Both the position numbers and the translations under genes were made by a program. This document shows, piece by piece, positions 37,700-51,389 of a stretch of DNA of 64,000 nt (positions are counted from its first letter, which is position 1; each line of letters starts with the position of its first letter). Below the pieces are notes generated by a model. The model saw nothing but the letters and a program-made list of their open reading frames with translations, was not told the DNA's origin and searched no databases. Source of the stretch: Octopus bimaculoides (taxonomy: Eukaryota); assembly GCF_001194135.2 (NCBI RefSeq), contig NC_068984.1:73070915-73134914 (forward strand). The letters are read 5' to 3'.

Positions 37700-38490
37700 T
37701 TTTGAGGAAAACCTTATATAAGATAGTAAAAAGATCAGGGACCCCCATAAAATCCATGACCTATAGAACATACCCATTTGAAAGAAAAGTACGGATAGCA
37801 GCAGCATAGTGTGTAGTAGAAACCCTATGATGAATTGTAAAACTAGTAATGTTGTTTATAGTATAAGGTGCGCTCAGGGACGGTGCAAAAACAGGACAAC
37901 GTCATATATAGCTGAGACAGCACGTAGCCCAAGGGAGCGAATAAGTGAACACTGACAGGAGATTAAGAAGGAGAAAAACTCGTCACTTCCCTAGCATCAT
38001 ACTTTCTTAGAAGATGAATGCTTTGTTAATAACGCATTTTATGATATTAACGACACATAGAACAGACACGACACTCAGAGAAATTATGGAGGCCACACAC
38101 ATAACAGTAGATAGGCCAACACTTAACAGAAAACATGAATGGAATAATAACACTCCCCACTCCGCCAAACTACACAACTTGAAGAATAAAAACAGAATGA
38201 GAATAAAATAGGACAGATGCAAGCAGTAAAATACATAAACCTATGCACACACACATACATGACATACACATAATATATCGAACGGCTTAAACGTGCGGTC
38301 ACTAACAATATCCTATATCAAATCAGAGCTTTCATTTAGCGAGATACCTCTTATTACATCACCAGAAGAGATGCTACTGCACTGAGGGATGCACCACAAC
38401 TAGATTTATAGTATCCCACTCGTAAGGGATCGATGCTAGATGCATCAAAACGACCGTTGTGAGCAATAAAGTTTCCCGTGTGTTCCATTT
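37700..38490 (+). mobile_element. Penelope-like element 3' part: GIY-YIG endonuclease pseudogene and terminus
   Basis: From 37836: CKTSNVVYSIRCAQGRCKNRTTSYIAETARSPRERISEH*QEIKK..., then LREIMEATHITVDRPTLNRKHEW. A degenerate hammerhead-like stem (GATGC/GCATC AAAAC GACC GTT) and AATAAA lie at 38432-38470. Confidence 0.85.
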
Positions 38491-39720
38491 TACGTCTTTG
38501 TCATTTGTTATATATATATATATATATATATATNNNNNNNNNNNNNNNNNNNNNNNNNNNNNNNNNNNNNNNNNNNNNNNNNNNNNNNNNNNNNNNNNNN
38601 NNNNNNNNNNNNNNNNNNNNNNNNNNNNNNNNNNNNNNNNNNNNNNNNNNNNNNNNNNNNNNNNNNNNNNNNNNNNNNNNNNNNNNNNNNNNNNNNNNNN
38701 NNNNNNNNNNNNNNNNNNNNNNNNNNNNNNNNNNNNNNNNNNNNNNNNNNNNNNNNNNNNNNGTCAGGTTTTCAAAATTTTTATTATGGTATTTAAAAAA
38801 TAATAAATCTATTTACAATGTTCAAGTGCGATAAACATTCAAAAAATATTTTGTCGTTCATAAAGCACAATTAGCGCTTTCATACGTTCGTAGTAATCAT
38901 CAGATTTCAAAATGTATTTAACTGACTGTTGAGTTTTTGACAACTATAGTAAAATGACTGACTTCTTCCGTTTTGTACCTCTTAGAAGGCCGCTACTAGC
39001 TGAATTTTTTAAATACGTTTTTGACCAATCCACACGCACCTTAAACGTCATGGTTTGCCGGGCATACCGATATTACTGGCATAGATCCCGCTTTTATTTT
39101 AACCAATTAGCTTGCGGTTTACATGTAATGGTTTTGTGAGTGAGCAAACTTAGCTGGTTTCGATCGTTTATATTTCAGTTGCTGGGTGTCTTCTTTAATT
39201 TGTTTATATTCAAATGTTAAAGATATTTTTTAATCCGCATCATTACCTGGATGTTATATTATTGTTGTTATTTCCGTGCAGAACAGGTTTGAATATTTTA
39301 ATAAACCGTTTCCTTATATCTTTTTGCCAGTCTCACTTTTGTCATGTAATTTGTGGAAAGGACAAATTAGAAACATTTTCTGACCACGTTCCTATATGTT
39401 CATTCAATGGAATTTGGTGAAAATTAGTACTCCGGATTTGTTGTCTGTGGACTCATGAGCGTTCCGCTAATGCATTCCCTGTCTCATTAATATATAATTC
39501 CTCGCAATTCGGGTATTTAATGCAGTAGATCAAATTTGCTTTTTGCAGTTCATATCTGCATTACCGAAAATCTGTCCATATTTTTTGTGTTCTAATGGAT
39601 CTACTTGAATGCGGAAATAGCAACAATAATATAACAACCACTTAATGGCATGGTCTATGTAATATCTTCCGCATATGAACATAGAGAAATTACGAAGACT
39701 CCTACCAACTGAAACAGAAA

Positions 39721-39987
39721 CGGGATCTTTTTTAAAACGGGGGCCACATTTTTCATTAACGAAACACTTTGAAACTTGGAACACTGGTAGAATGTGTCAT
39801 ATAAAACATCTTTTTCTCTTAGTCTTCTTAAAAAAAAAGAAATCCCTAAGTTATTCCATGTTAAAGTTGTCGTATTTCTGTAATTTCAACCAATCACTGA
39901 CGTCCATTCAGCCGATATACATTAAGTGCCGACTACATAAACAAACGATTCTGAAACAATTTTATCGGTGATAGGGTTGGGGTTAGG
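39721..39987 (+). mobile_element. Arm of a probable non-autonomous DNA element leading into TTAGGG-like repeats
   Basis: Starts GGGATCTTT and shares CGTATTTC(T/A)GTAATTTCAACCAATCA(C/A)TGACGTC with 62100-62135. Ends ATAGGGTTGGGGTTAGG at a gap. Confidence 0.6.
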
Positions 39988-41654
39988 NNNNNNNNNNNNN
40001 NNNNNNNNNNNNNNNNNNNNNNNNNNNNNNNNNNNNNNNNNNNNNNNNNNNNNNNNNNNNNNNNNNNNNNNNNNNNNNNNNNNNNNNNNNNNNNNNNNNN
40101 NNNNNNNNNNNNNNNNNNNNNNNNNNNNNNNNNNNNNNNNNNNNNNNNNNNNNNNNNNNNNNNNNNNNNNNNNNNNNNNNNNNNNNNNNNNNNNNNNNNN
40201 NNNNNNNNNNNNNNNNNNNNNNNNNNNNNNNNNNNNNNNNNNNNNNNNNNNNNNNNNNNNNNNNNNNNNNNNNNNNNNNNNNNNNNNNNNNNNNNNNNNN
40301 NNNNNNNNNNNNNNNNNNNNNNNNNNNNNNNNNNNNNNNNNNNNNNNNNNNNNNNNNNNNNNNNNNNNNNNNNNNNNNNNNNNNNNNNNNNNNNNNNNNN
40401 NNNNNNNNNNNNNNNNNNNNNNNNNNNNNNNNNNNNNNNNNNNNNNNNNNNNNNNNNNNNNNNNNNNNNNNNNNNNNNNNNNNNNNNNNNNNNNNNNNNN
40501 NNNNNNNNNNNNNNNNNNNNNNNNNNNNNNNNNNNNNNNNNNNNNNNNNNNNNNNNNNNNNNNNNNNNNNNNNNNNNNNNNNNNNNNNNNNNNNNNNNNN
40601 NNNNNNNNNNNNNNNNNNNNNNNNNNNNNNNNNNNNNNNNNNNNNNNNNNNNNNNNNNNNNNNNNNNNNNNNNNNNNNNNNNNNNNNNNNNNNNNNNNNN
40701 NNNNNNNNNNNNNNNNNNNNNNNNNNNNNNNNNNNNNNNNNNNNNNNNNNNNNNNNNNNNNNNNNNNNNNNNNNNNNNNNNNNNNNNNNNNNNNNNNNNN
40801 NNNNNNNNNNNNNNNNNNNNNNNNNNNNNNNNNNNNNNNNNNNNNNNNNNNNNNNNNNNNNNNNNNNNNNNNNNNNNNNNNNNNNNNNNNNNNNNNNNNN
40901 NNNNNNNNNNNNNNNNNNNNNNNNNNNNNNNNNNNNNNNNNNNNATATATATATATTTATATGTATGTATATTTATATGTATGTATATACGACTGTCTAT
41001 CTGTATGTATGTATGTGACGTAATACAACAACATGTTGAGTCATTATTAAAATAAATATATGGATTGCATTTATAATCACTGGGGCTCAAGTTTCAGTAG
41101 GATATCATTCTACCTTATTAGAAATATGAGAAGAAATAAATTTTGCCTCTAGACCTCCCCACCACACACACACACGCACACAAACAAGAAAAAGTCATTT
41201 TTCTGGTAAAGGATCTAATTCCTCGTACGGGAAAAACAATCAATTTATAATCATGTTTAGCTACATTTGACTCATGAGTCACGTGGCACGGGAAATTAGC
41301 AAAACCATTTTTCACGAGAAAGCTGCCAAAATCTTCCCGGACGTTTGTATGATATCAATACGTTTCAGCAAAGAAATAAAATACAATGTACAATAAAAAA
41401 AATATATACAGCAACTTCAATTTGAAATCGAAATCAGATTTAAACCGGAAATTGCTGAAATTTGGGCACAGTAAGAAAGGAGACTAATGCATATATTTAT
41501 CTTAATATGAGTCGCGGTTGATGATTTGTGACTATAGCATTGTGTAGGACGGATTATATGTGTGTATGTGTTTGCGTGTACGTGTGTGTGTGCATATGTG
41601 TTTCTCTGTGTGTATATATACACACGTATAAATATATACGTATATGTACATACA

Positions 41655-41709
<55 letters not shown>

Positions 41710-41762
41710 GTGTGTGTGTGTATATATGTGTGTGTGTGTTTGTGTGTATGTGTGTGTATGTA

Positions 41763-41804
<42 letters not shown>

Positions 41805-42380
41805 TGTGTGTGTGTGTGTACATATGTCAAATACACTGCAGTAAATAGATACACGTGTCTGTAGTTGGTTTCATTACTATGCTACCAAGACTGAAATAAA
41901 AATGATGTGAGCTTCGTATTGAAACAGTGAAACATCAAAAATACAAAAAAAAAAAGGAAAAAAACAATACAGCTGATGCGGTATATGACATATCGATAGT
42001 AATCACGATGATTATTATTATGGAGATAAGGAGGAAGTGGACGTCGACGTCGACGATATCGATGAGGGTGATGACGCTGGTGCTACTTATAAGAGAAGCA
42101 ATTTTAATAAAGCGAAACAGAAAAGAAATACAACAGAAGAATATATATTCAATGACATGAAATCAATCAAATGCAGTCGAATTCTTCATAGAATACTAAT
42201 TATCTAAACACCAATAATGTATCTATATCGAGATAAATAACAAAAGAACTGCAAAGAAACACTGTCAACTACAACACAGGAAACCAACAACGGCAAAACA
42301 ACATATTTGAAAATGAGGTGAAGAATTGCGCTGATCTCCGTCGTCGGTGAAGTTTTGTTCAACAGAACCTTTATTATCAT

Positions 42381-42429
<49 letters not shown>

Positions 42430-42734
42430 ACGTTAACATCATCATCGTCATCATAATAGATTAGCATTAGTGACACTCCTCTTATTATCATCCCCATCAC
42501 CATAAACAAGACGAGTCTAAACGTCATCACCAACTTCATTATCCCCATAACATATTGTTCGTTATCTTAAGCACATCTACGCTGTTGTTTCGTTCTTGTA
42601 GGTGGCAACGCTGGAAATGGTGTCGGAATGACTAACAAATTCCTTCAATAAATAACAGACTTATAAACACAATCAAATAACCGACCACACAAACACATAC
42701 GCACAAGATGATAGTCACGCTTATGAGGGTATTA

Positions 42735-43064
42735 TTCTTTTACTTGTTTCAGTTATTTCATTGCAACCATGCTGGAGCATCGCCTTTAGTAGAACAAATC
42801 TACCCCAGAACTTATTCTTTGTAAGCCTAGTACTTATTCTATCGATCAGATATGTCAAACCGCTAAATTACGGGGTCGTAAACACATTAACATCGGTTGT
42901 CAAGTGATGGTGGAGAAACAAACACAGACATAGAAATCCACTCAAAAGGTTTTGGTCAGCCTGAGGCTATAGTAGAAGAAACTAGTCCGAGGTGTGACGC
43001 AGTGGGACTGAACCCGGAACCATGTGGTTGGGAAGCAAACTTCTTACCACACAGCCACACCTGC

Positions 43065-43065
<1 letters not shown>
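42735..43065 (-). mobile_element. SINE family B, near full length
   Basis: Reverse complement of the 14090-14464 type, with A/B boxes at 43000-43060. Confidence 0.88.
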
Positions 43066-43154
<89 letters not shown>

Positions 43155-43850
43155 ATATGTACCTATGTGTGCGTACGTATGTATGTGCTTGTGTGTACGT
43201 ATGTATGTATGTATGCATGCATGTATGTATAATACTATGTATGTATACATTTGTACATACGTAGACATGTTTATAAGTATATATGTATATACCGTATATA
43301 CTCTTGTAAAACTCAAAATTGTTAGACCCCTTTTTAAGGTCAAATTTATGGAGTCGGGAATTACATGGATACTACATTTGGGGAGCTGAAATTAAGGCTA
43401 GAATCTGAAGTAACGTAACAGCAGCAGACGTCCAACTGATCTCTAAGCAAATAAATACAAAACCACAATGAATAAGAGTAATATTGCCAATTCTATGCAC
43501 CAAAACACACGTATAAGTAAATAACAAAGCCCATAAACAAGACCACGTAGCTCTTATAAATATCTACACCTCTTTCATTTGTATCCATCAAACTTAACAG
43601 ACTAGCTGAGGGAAATCAATTTATATCTCATCGCTATGTCATATTACCACCGGTAACATGTCTACCTTGTACCGGCATGTCACTACCTATACGGTGCATA
43701 AAGCCGATATCTACTCGGGGTGTTTCACATTATAACTCTTCAATAACATTATGCAATTTTCATGTTTTGCAAAATCCCAGAATTCCCTGAAAGTTATCAG
43801 GGATTCTACGTTTTTAAAAATAACATTGAATGATTCCGCGACAAATAAAA

Positions 43851-43865
43851 GGTTGAGAACCACTG
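43851..43865 (-). mobile_element. Solitary hAT/Charlie-type terminal inverted repeat
   Basis: Reverse complement is CAGTGGTTCTCAACC, a typical Charlie-like TIR, followed by ACCTAG. No partner TIR found. Confidence 0.5.
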
Positions 43866-44091
43866 ACCTAGCGATTAACTAAATGATTTTAGACTTACCG
43901 AAAAGTCATGCCTCTGTACGAATTCATACAGTGGTGATTGCTGTCTATTAATCGAGCATATACGGTTAAATGAATACTAACAGACGATGGATAATACACA
44001 TGTAAATATATATAGGGATATATATAGAGAGAAAATACTTGAAAATATTCAGATGAACACTCGTTTATAAGCATGAAGATGTGTATATATT

Positions 44092-44961
44092 TATCAGGTC
44101 ATCCCATAAATTCTGTCCGAATTTTGAATAAAGAAAACAAGTGATTAAATGTTATATTCAATTGAAATTTAATCATCAATGTTCTTTCCCTGATTATCTA
44201 TGACTTCATTCCAGCTATTTACAAGCTTTTTAATCCCATCAATGTAAGACTCTTTTGGTTTCAAAGCGAAGAACTCTGAAATGTTAGTTTCGATCTCCTC
44301 ATGGGAAAGTTATGTCCCCCAAATGATCCTGTAAACTACGAAACAAATGGTAGTCTGAAGGAGCAAGGTCGGGAGAATAAGGTGGATGAGGAATTTTTTC
44401 CCAACCAAGTTCTTCGATTTTGTGTGATGTGATCTTTGCCGTGTGGAGTCGCGCATTGTCCTCATGAAACATCAATCCTTTTCAATTCACTAAAGCGGGT
44501 CTTTTTTATTCTTCAAACGCTCTAATTGCTGACATTAGACTTGAGCATGGATTGTTGCATTAGGTGGTAACAATTCAAAGTGAATTACTCCTTTGTAATC
44601 CCACCAGATAGAGAGAAGAACCTTTTTCCCATGAAGTTCCCTTCTCGGTTGTGGTTGAGCTTTTTCCCTTTCACCAAGCCACCGTTTACGACGTTTATCA
44701 TTACGATAGAAGACCTATTTTTCGTCACCAGTCATAAGTCTATCCAAAAAGGGTGAAATGAGTTCGCGAGAATGGAGAAAAGAGCAGATGCCAACTCGGG
44801 ATTTGCGGTTGCTTTCGGACAATTCATGAGGCACCCATTTTCCAAGTTTAGGAACCTTTCCAAGTTGTTGAAGATGACGATGAACAATTGTATGGTTTGA
44901 ACTAAGCTTTATTGCCAATTTTTCAACTGATAATGCAGGAGTTTCTTCAAGTAATGCCTCA
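44092..44961 (-). pseudogene. Mariner (DD34D) transposase pseudogene with right terminus; 5' part lies in the gap
   Basis: Motifs WVPHEL, TGDEK, VLLSIWWDYKG, HEDNA, PYSPDLAPSDY, with 34 residues between the second and third Asp by my count. Two in-frame stops and two frameshifts; stop at 44169-44171. TA then TCAGGTCATCCCATAAATTCTGTCCG as the putative TIR. Confidence 0.95.
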
Positions 44962-45282
44962 NNNNNNNNNNNNNNNNNNNNNNNNNNNNNNNNNNNNNNN
45001 NNNNNNNNNNNNNNNNNNNNNNNNNNNNNNNNNNNNNNNNNNNNNNNNNNNNNNNNNNNNNNNNNNNNNNNNNNNNNNNNNNNNNNNNNNNNNNNNNNNN
45101 NNNNNNNNNNNNNNNNNNNNNNNNNNNNNNNNNNNNNNNNNNNNNNNNNNNNNNNNNNNNNNNNNNNNNNNNNNNNNNNNNNNNNNNNNNNNNNNNNNNN
45201 NNNNNNNNNNNNNNNNNNNNNNNNNNNNNNNNNNNNNNNNNNNNNNNNNNNNNNNNNNNNNNNNNNNNNNNNNNNNNNNNNN

Positions 45283-45319
<37 letters not shown>

Positions 45320-45743
45320 TTACACACACACAAAATTCATATATATATTGATACACACATGTACACATATGCAAAATACCATTAACTCACGAAGACTCAT
45401 AAGCATTAATACATCACTTTATAATGCGTCTAGCTGTTGATATACATATAGGAAGATTTTCGCTTTTATGTGTGTGTACGGTATGCACAAGTTTTCATAT
45501 GAATATACATATAATTAGCTGTTTCGATACGAGAAAGTACGTACAATAATCAATAGAGTAGTCGTATTTGTTCATTAATTTGTGACTTATGTGTTCATTT
45601 ATTGGAAGTTACAACTTAATTTTCTATATATCACCCGTCTTAAAATTATGTCGTCAGAACTCTAAACTTGGTGTTTCGACGCAGTATAGAAGCAAATTTA
45701 AATAAATGTGTGCGCGCACACACGCACACACACACAAACACGC

Positions 45744-45820
<77 letters not shown>

Positions 45821-48228
45821 CATGAACTTATATGTATATACACATCAGTTTGCAAAATTGCATTAAAAGTGCTGGTCAGTCTTTGTCAAAAATAACGATA
45901 AATCAATATTATATAGCAAATATCGGACTAGTGAAACTATTATAACTTATTGCATATATTTTCGTCGTTTATATTCTCAGTTCAATTCCCTCAAATGTTG
46001 ATATCGTATATGCTATGTTCATCAAAGCTTCAGCAAGTAACTAAAACTACTGGACAAGTATTGGAATAGATTTAAAAATATGATACAAGTTGTATATTAT
46101 TTTTACGTTTAAATAATAATTCTCTAACTGCTTTGCAGAATTAAAATCGGTGACTAAGTAGGCGATCAGACTCTTTTGAGTCAAAACTATTCAAAGACTT
46201 TGTAAATATGCAGGATTGTACGCTCATATCCCAAAACTTACAAATACATATATATGTAGGGATATGGGGGAATCAAGTATATATATGATAATAAGTGCAT
46301 AACGATAGATGTAATGTATTTGATAACAGGTGCCTATGTATATTTAGTACACGACTTTATGCATAATTGTGTGTGCATGGAATAGATGCAACATACAGCT
46401 GTGTATATATATTTATTCCATGTTTGATCTTTGTTGGAAAACTCGATCATTTCCAGGTTTTATACAAATTAGATGTTATATTCACCAGAGTAGCAAGAAT
46501 CAGGAACATTACTTTCCCTCTTGACTGAAACGTAAAAGAATAGACTTGAATAACAGGGACAATGTCTCTATTAATCCAGAGCAATATTTTCTACAGGTAG
46601 CATTATACAGTTAACAGTATTGTCATACCACAATGGAAGTAACTTGACAATTTGGAGTAACTCCATAAACTATACTGTATTAGCGAATTTCACTAGTGTA
46701 GACTTGTGTCCTACAGACTTATGTCCATTGTTGATAATATATTCCAATCTCTCACATCATACTCATAAGTCTGTGTTTGTGTGTGTATGCATGTGCAAAC
46801 GTGTTATGTTTTCCATTTCATGAAGTGCGAGTATTCCTGTATGTAAAAGTATATGTAGGAATGCATTGAAAATTATATTCATTGTGAATGTCTTAGTTTT
46901 TAAAATCATTTGTAAGTGCTTACATATTACTATGCTTTTATATAAGGCTGAGAGTTGTCTTGTAGAAGTTTCTTAAAGCGCAGAACACCATAAAATGCCT
47001 ACTTTTTTTTATAGCGTTCTACCTTCTGCGCTCAAATATTTGGCGTCTTAGTCTCTTTTCATAACAATACATATATTACTACTCTTTCTATACTATACAT
47101 ATGTGTTCAAATGTCTGGCCTTGTCACACTGCTTCACACCGATTCGGGTAGTCGTTTACAACTTAATTTCACGAGCAGTTCTTCACTTGAGTGAATATCT
47201 GAAAGCTCACCGTCGAAACTGTCGAAGAACCAACATTGCATTGGTACATACTTTCAGTTATTCATACGTATATGTGTATGATTGTCTTTCCTGCTTTAAT
47301 GTATTTGTCCTAATGCGTATATATTTCTTGAGGTATTTATTTATTTATTTATTTTACTTAATGTTTAATAAATCTTTTGTGTATAATAAATCAAATATGG
47401 AATTTTTTAAAAAGTATCAGTGAGTCTGGGACAGAAATGACAGAGAGAAAAACAGACATATGTGATTAAATGTCTAGGAAGTCGGATAGAGAGACAGATA
47501 GAGATAAAATGAATGAAATATCTTACTGTCCGTTTCGATTTATGTTCCCAATTTATATGATATAATAGCTTTGATTAGTCGATATATTTTTCATTGGTCG
47601 CAGACGACCACAATTATAAGCGATATTACAAGAAAATATATTATGAAAAAGGAATAATTGTTAATAGACAAACAAGAAAACAAACTAAACAACAAACACA
47701 TGACATATACAAATATAAAAAAACACTATATTATATATGTATAAGTTTATATATGTATGTGTATATATAAATAACTTTATATATATATATATATGAATAC
47801 ATATATACATACATACACAGACACACACGCACACACACACACACATAAAAATCATAAAAAGTAGAAATGGCATATAAATGACAAGTAAAAAATAAATAAT
47901 TGAACGATATTAATTTTTTTTTATTCTTACAACATTTTCCCTGTCACTTCGTCTTCCATTTTCTCTGTCTTTTGTCTTTGGTATTTTCATAGTAATAATC
48001 ATCGAAAAATATCGAATAAAACATGGTAAATCTGTTTCCCAATCAATAGGAATAGAAGAAAGTATTGAATATTTCCATTTTGGTTATATATTCTTTGTTT
48101 GACTGCACGTCAACAGATTAAGAGATAGCGTAAGCAATGAAGTAAAATGCAACAAAACAATGAATATACACAAAACTAAATAATTATTAGTATATACTTT
48201 AGTAAACTTGGAAACAACAATAAGTATA

Positions 48229-48630
48229 GATGATGATGATGATGACGATGACGACGATGATGATGATGATGATGGCATAAACACGAGGCAGCAGCGGCAG
48301 CAGCAGCAGCAGCAGAAGCAGCAGCAGCAGAAGAAGAAGAAGAAGAAGAAGAAGAAGAAGAAGAAGAAGAAGAAGAAGAAGAAGAAGAAGAAGAAGAAGA
48401 AGAAGAGGAGGAGGAGGAGGACGAGATGGAGGAGAGGCAGAGGAAGGGAAGGAAGAATAAGAGGAAAAGAAGAAGAGAAAGACGAGAAGGACCATAAAGA
48501 GGACAATGACGAGATGGAGGAGCAGGAGGAGGAGGAGGAGGAGGAGGAGAAGAAGAAGAAGAAGAAGAAGAAGAAGAAGAAGAAGAAGAAGAAGAAAAAG
48601 AAGAAGAAGAAGAAGAGCAACAACAACAAA
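48229..48630. repeat. Compound trinucleotide microsatellite (GAT)n-(CAG)n-(GAA)n-(GAG)n-(GAA)n
   Basis: Directly visible. It produces low-complexity ORFs in several frames. Confidence 0.95.
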
Positions 48631-48639
48631 GAATGGTTG

Positions 48640-49200
48640 CGGAAAGGGGAGAATAGTCAAATTCCAGTCCCTGATTGATACTGTAGTTCACACCGCACAT
48701 AGATGTGAACGACATAGTTGGCCTCGGTGGAATTTCAACTCAGAACATTAAGAATCATGAGGGAAGCCACAAAGAACGTTTATGATAATCTAGTGATTCT
48801 GTCAAACCAATGCCCTTAATTAATTGTACTTCAGACATACTGCCTAAAAATTTGAGGGACCTAGTTAGACGATAAAATCGGCCCCGATACTTCACAGGCA
48901 TTATATTTTGTCGATTCTGAAACGAGTAAACATAAATTTGACCTCGGCAGGATTCAAAGCCAGAATGCAGCGAACCAGATAAAATGTTACTTGGCACTTT
49001 TAAGAATCGTAACTCTTTTCTCTTAATATTCTTTTCAAATTTTGGCACATAGCTAGTGTTTACCTAGTACTTATTTTTATTGACCTCAAAAGGATCAAAG
49101 GCAAAGTCGACCTCAACAGTATTTGAACTCGGTACTAAAGACGGATGAAACGCCATTAAACATCTTGCCTAACGTGCCAACGATTCTTCCAGCTCACCGC
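48640..49200 (-). mobile_element. Three head-to-tail degraded SINE family A copies
   Basis: Repeated TTGACCTCGG..GAATTTGAACTCAGAA-like segments near 48720, 48940 and 49105. Confidence 0.7.
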
Positions 49201-49445
49201 TTTCGCTTTTCTCCTAACCAAGGCTCATTCTTACATACAACAGAAAAGATATGCATATGGCACTGAACTGCATGGTGCACGAAAACAAAGTTATATTTAA
49301 AACGATTGGAGTGTTTGACACGTTATACAATGAATAACACTGCGTAACATGATTTTTGTCCTTGGGTAGCAACTATTATTTTCTATTCCTTTATCCCTAG
49401 AAAGTATGATAAATAGCTAGTATTTCCTTCAAACTTTTGTTACAT

Positions 49446-49620
49446 TTATTCACACTCCAACATATCCCTCTCAAAACATAGCTATGATGCCCCCCCCCAC
49501 CACTATTTCTGCTCATGATCGGTGTTGCACCTCTTGTCAACCACTAAGAGGTATGCTAATCTGGTTAAGGTGAAGCAAATGACAATGAAAACTCTGGTAT
49601 TGAAGAGAAAATTTTGTTTA
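49446..49620 (-). mobile_element. Old partial copy of the ~540-bp repeat
   Basis: GCTATGATGCCCCCCCCCACCACTATTTCTGCTCATGATC matches 1068-1103. Confidence 0.7.
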
Positions 49621-51290
49621 ACGATATTTTTGCTTCAGCAACTCAGCGCGTAAAGTGTCTGAAATGTAATGGAAAATAGGTCAGTTTCAAAATATTGATG
49701 TCCAGATCACAATTCAAAGTTTGAAGGGAGAAGCAAAAGGAAATAACATTTACTGTCCAAAAACAAAAAAAGAAAGCAAAAATGTTACACAGTATAATTG
49801 TATACATCAGAGATTTCGTACAAAGTAAATACACAGTGATAAGATGATTAAAGCACACAAAACAGCAATCGAAAATCATAATTAAAAACCCATCAGCTAG
49901 GTTATAACGGAGCCCTTCAAGATATTTAACTCTGTTGTAGCCATGGAACCAGAGCGTGATCGTGAGAATTTTCAGTTTGGTGTCACAAGCTCGGTGTCAC
50001 ATTTTTGGTGATAGACTGAGGAAAAACATTTTCAAGCCCCCTTGGCATGTAGAACATAGTCTATTTCTGTTGTCTTCAGTAACACTCTAGTATATAGGTT
50101 TCTCCCAAAGTCGGGACTTGTCTCCTTTTCAGTCAATATATTGCTACTCTGTCTTCGCTAACTTCGTTTCTTAGTTCTGTCAGTTCTTCATTTGATTTCA
50201 CAAGAACCATAAACTTCAGTTCAGTATTGGGATAAATTGGCTCCCTCTCTTTATTGTGAACCTTGTCTGTACACATTTGTAAATATTTATATTAAAGCGC
50301 GTTATTGCTGGGCTGTTCTGTATTACAAATGTTTCATATCTCCGGTATTATTTCCGCCTACACAATAAGCACACACACGTTATTTTGCAACGGTTCTTGT
50401 CGCAAGTGTTAAAAGCATGTTCTCTGAAAGAGACAGTCCATCGCACATTCTAATGACTTTTACTTGAGTTGGTCATATTTACACCAGACACTTCCAACTC
50501 AATAACCTAACATATTCATTACTTATCGAGCACAATCACTTTTAAATACTATATCAAATTGATATCCAGCGTTTGACTATTTGGGGATTGATAAAAGAAA
50601 GTACCAGTCAGATAATGAGCGTTACTTGATCCACTACACTGCTACTCCAATCTTTGTGTTTGTACCCATGCCTATAAATCAATTTTAAAGCACAAAGCAC
50701 ACAACATATTCTATATTGAAAGAACACAATAGACAACAAAACAGACAGCAAATTAGATATGACGACAACGCCATTTTACACTCTCCAGCAAAAATTTTAA
50801 TATGTGAAAATTTATGGACAGTAAAAACCAGACGTTAAGCAACAGAAGATTTTGGAGACTTAAACTATAGACAAAAGTGACAAATTGCTAGAATCCCAAA
50901 GGTATCCAAAATATAGAATACATTGGAATTAAAATACAATGCACATCATATATAATTAATAAACATAGTCTTAATATGCTCAATGAACAAACTAATCAGC
51001 AACGACACACTACTCGAGTATTGTTCAATATTGGAAGAATTGATGCGAATTGATCGCTAAGAGTATTGAGAATTATCAATATATATATGAGGAAAAGAAA
51101 AAAATATAAAATAGCTCAAAAACATTAATAAATATGAGATCATATTTTATCCTGATCATCCATCCATCCATCCATCTATCTATCTATCCATCTATCTATC
51201 TGTCTGTCTGTCTGTCTGTATATCTGTTTGTCTGAATGTCTGTCTCTCTCTCTTCCTCTCACTGTGTGTGTTTTAAATATGTGAAAACGA

Positions 51291-51374
<84 letters not shown>

Positions 51375-51389
51375 TTGTTATTATTATTA

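Noticed and set aside
48208-48678. 156-aa polyD/Q/K/E ORF as a real low-complexity protein
   Set aside because: It is built from stacked trinucleotide repeats that are open in most frames on both strands, and its 3' end is SINE sequence.
49870-50300. Possible L1/Tx1 3' zinc-knuckle relic
   Set aside because: No intact CxxC/H/C pattern could be read in any frame.
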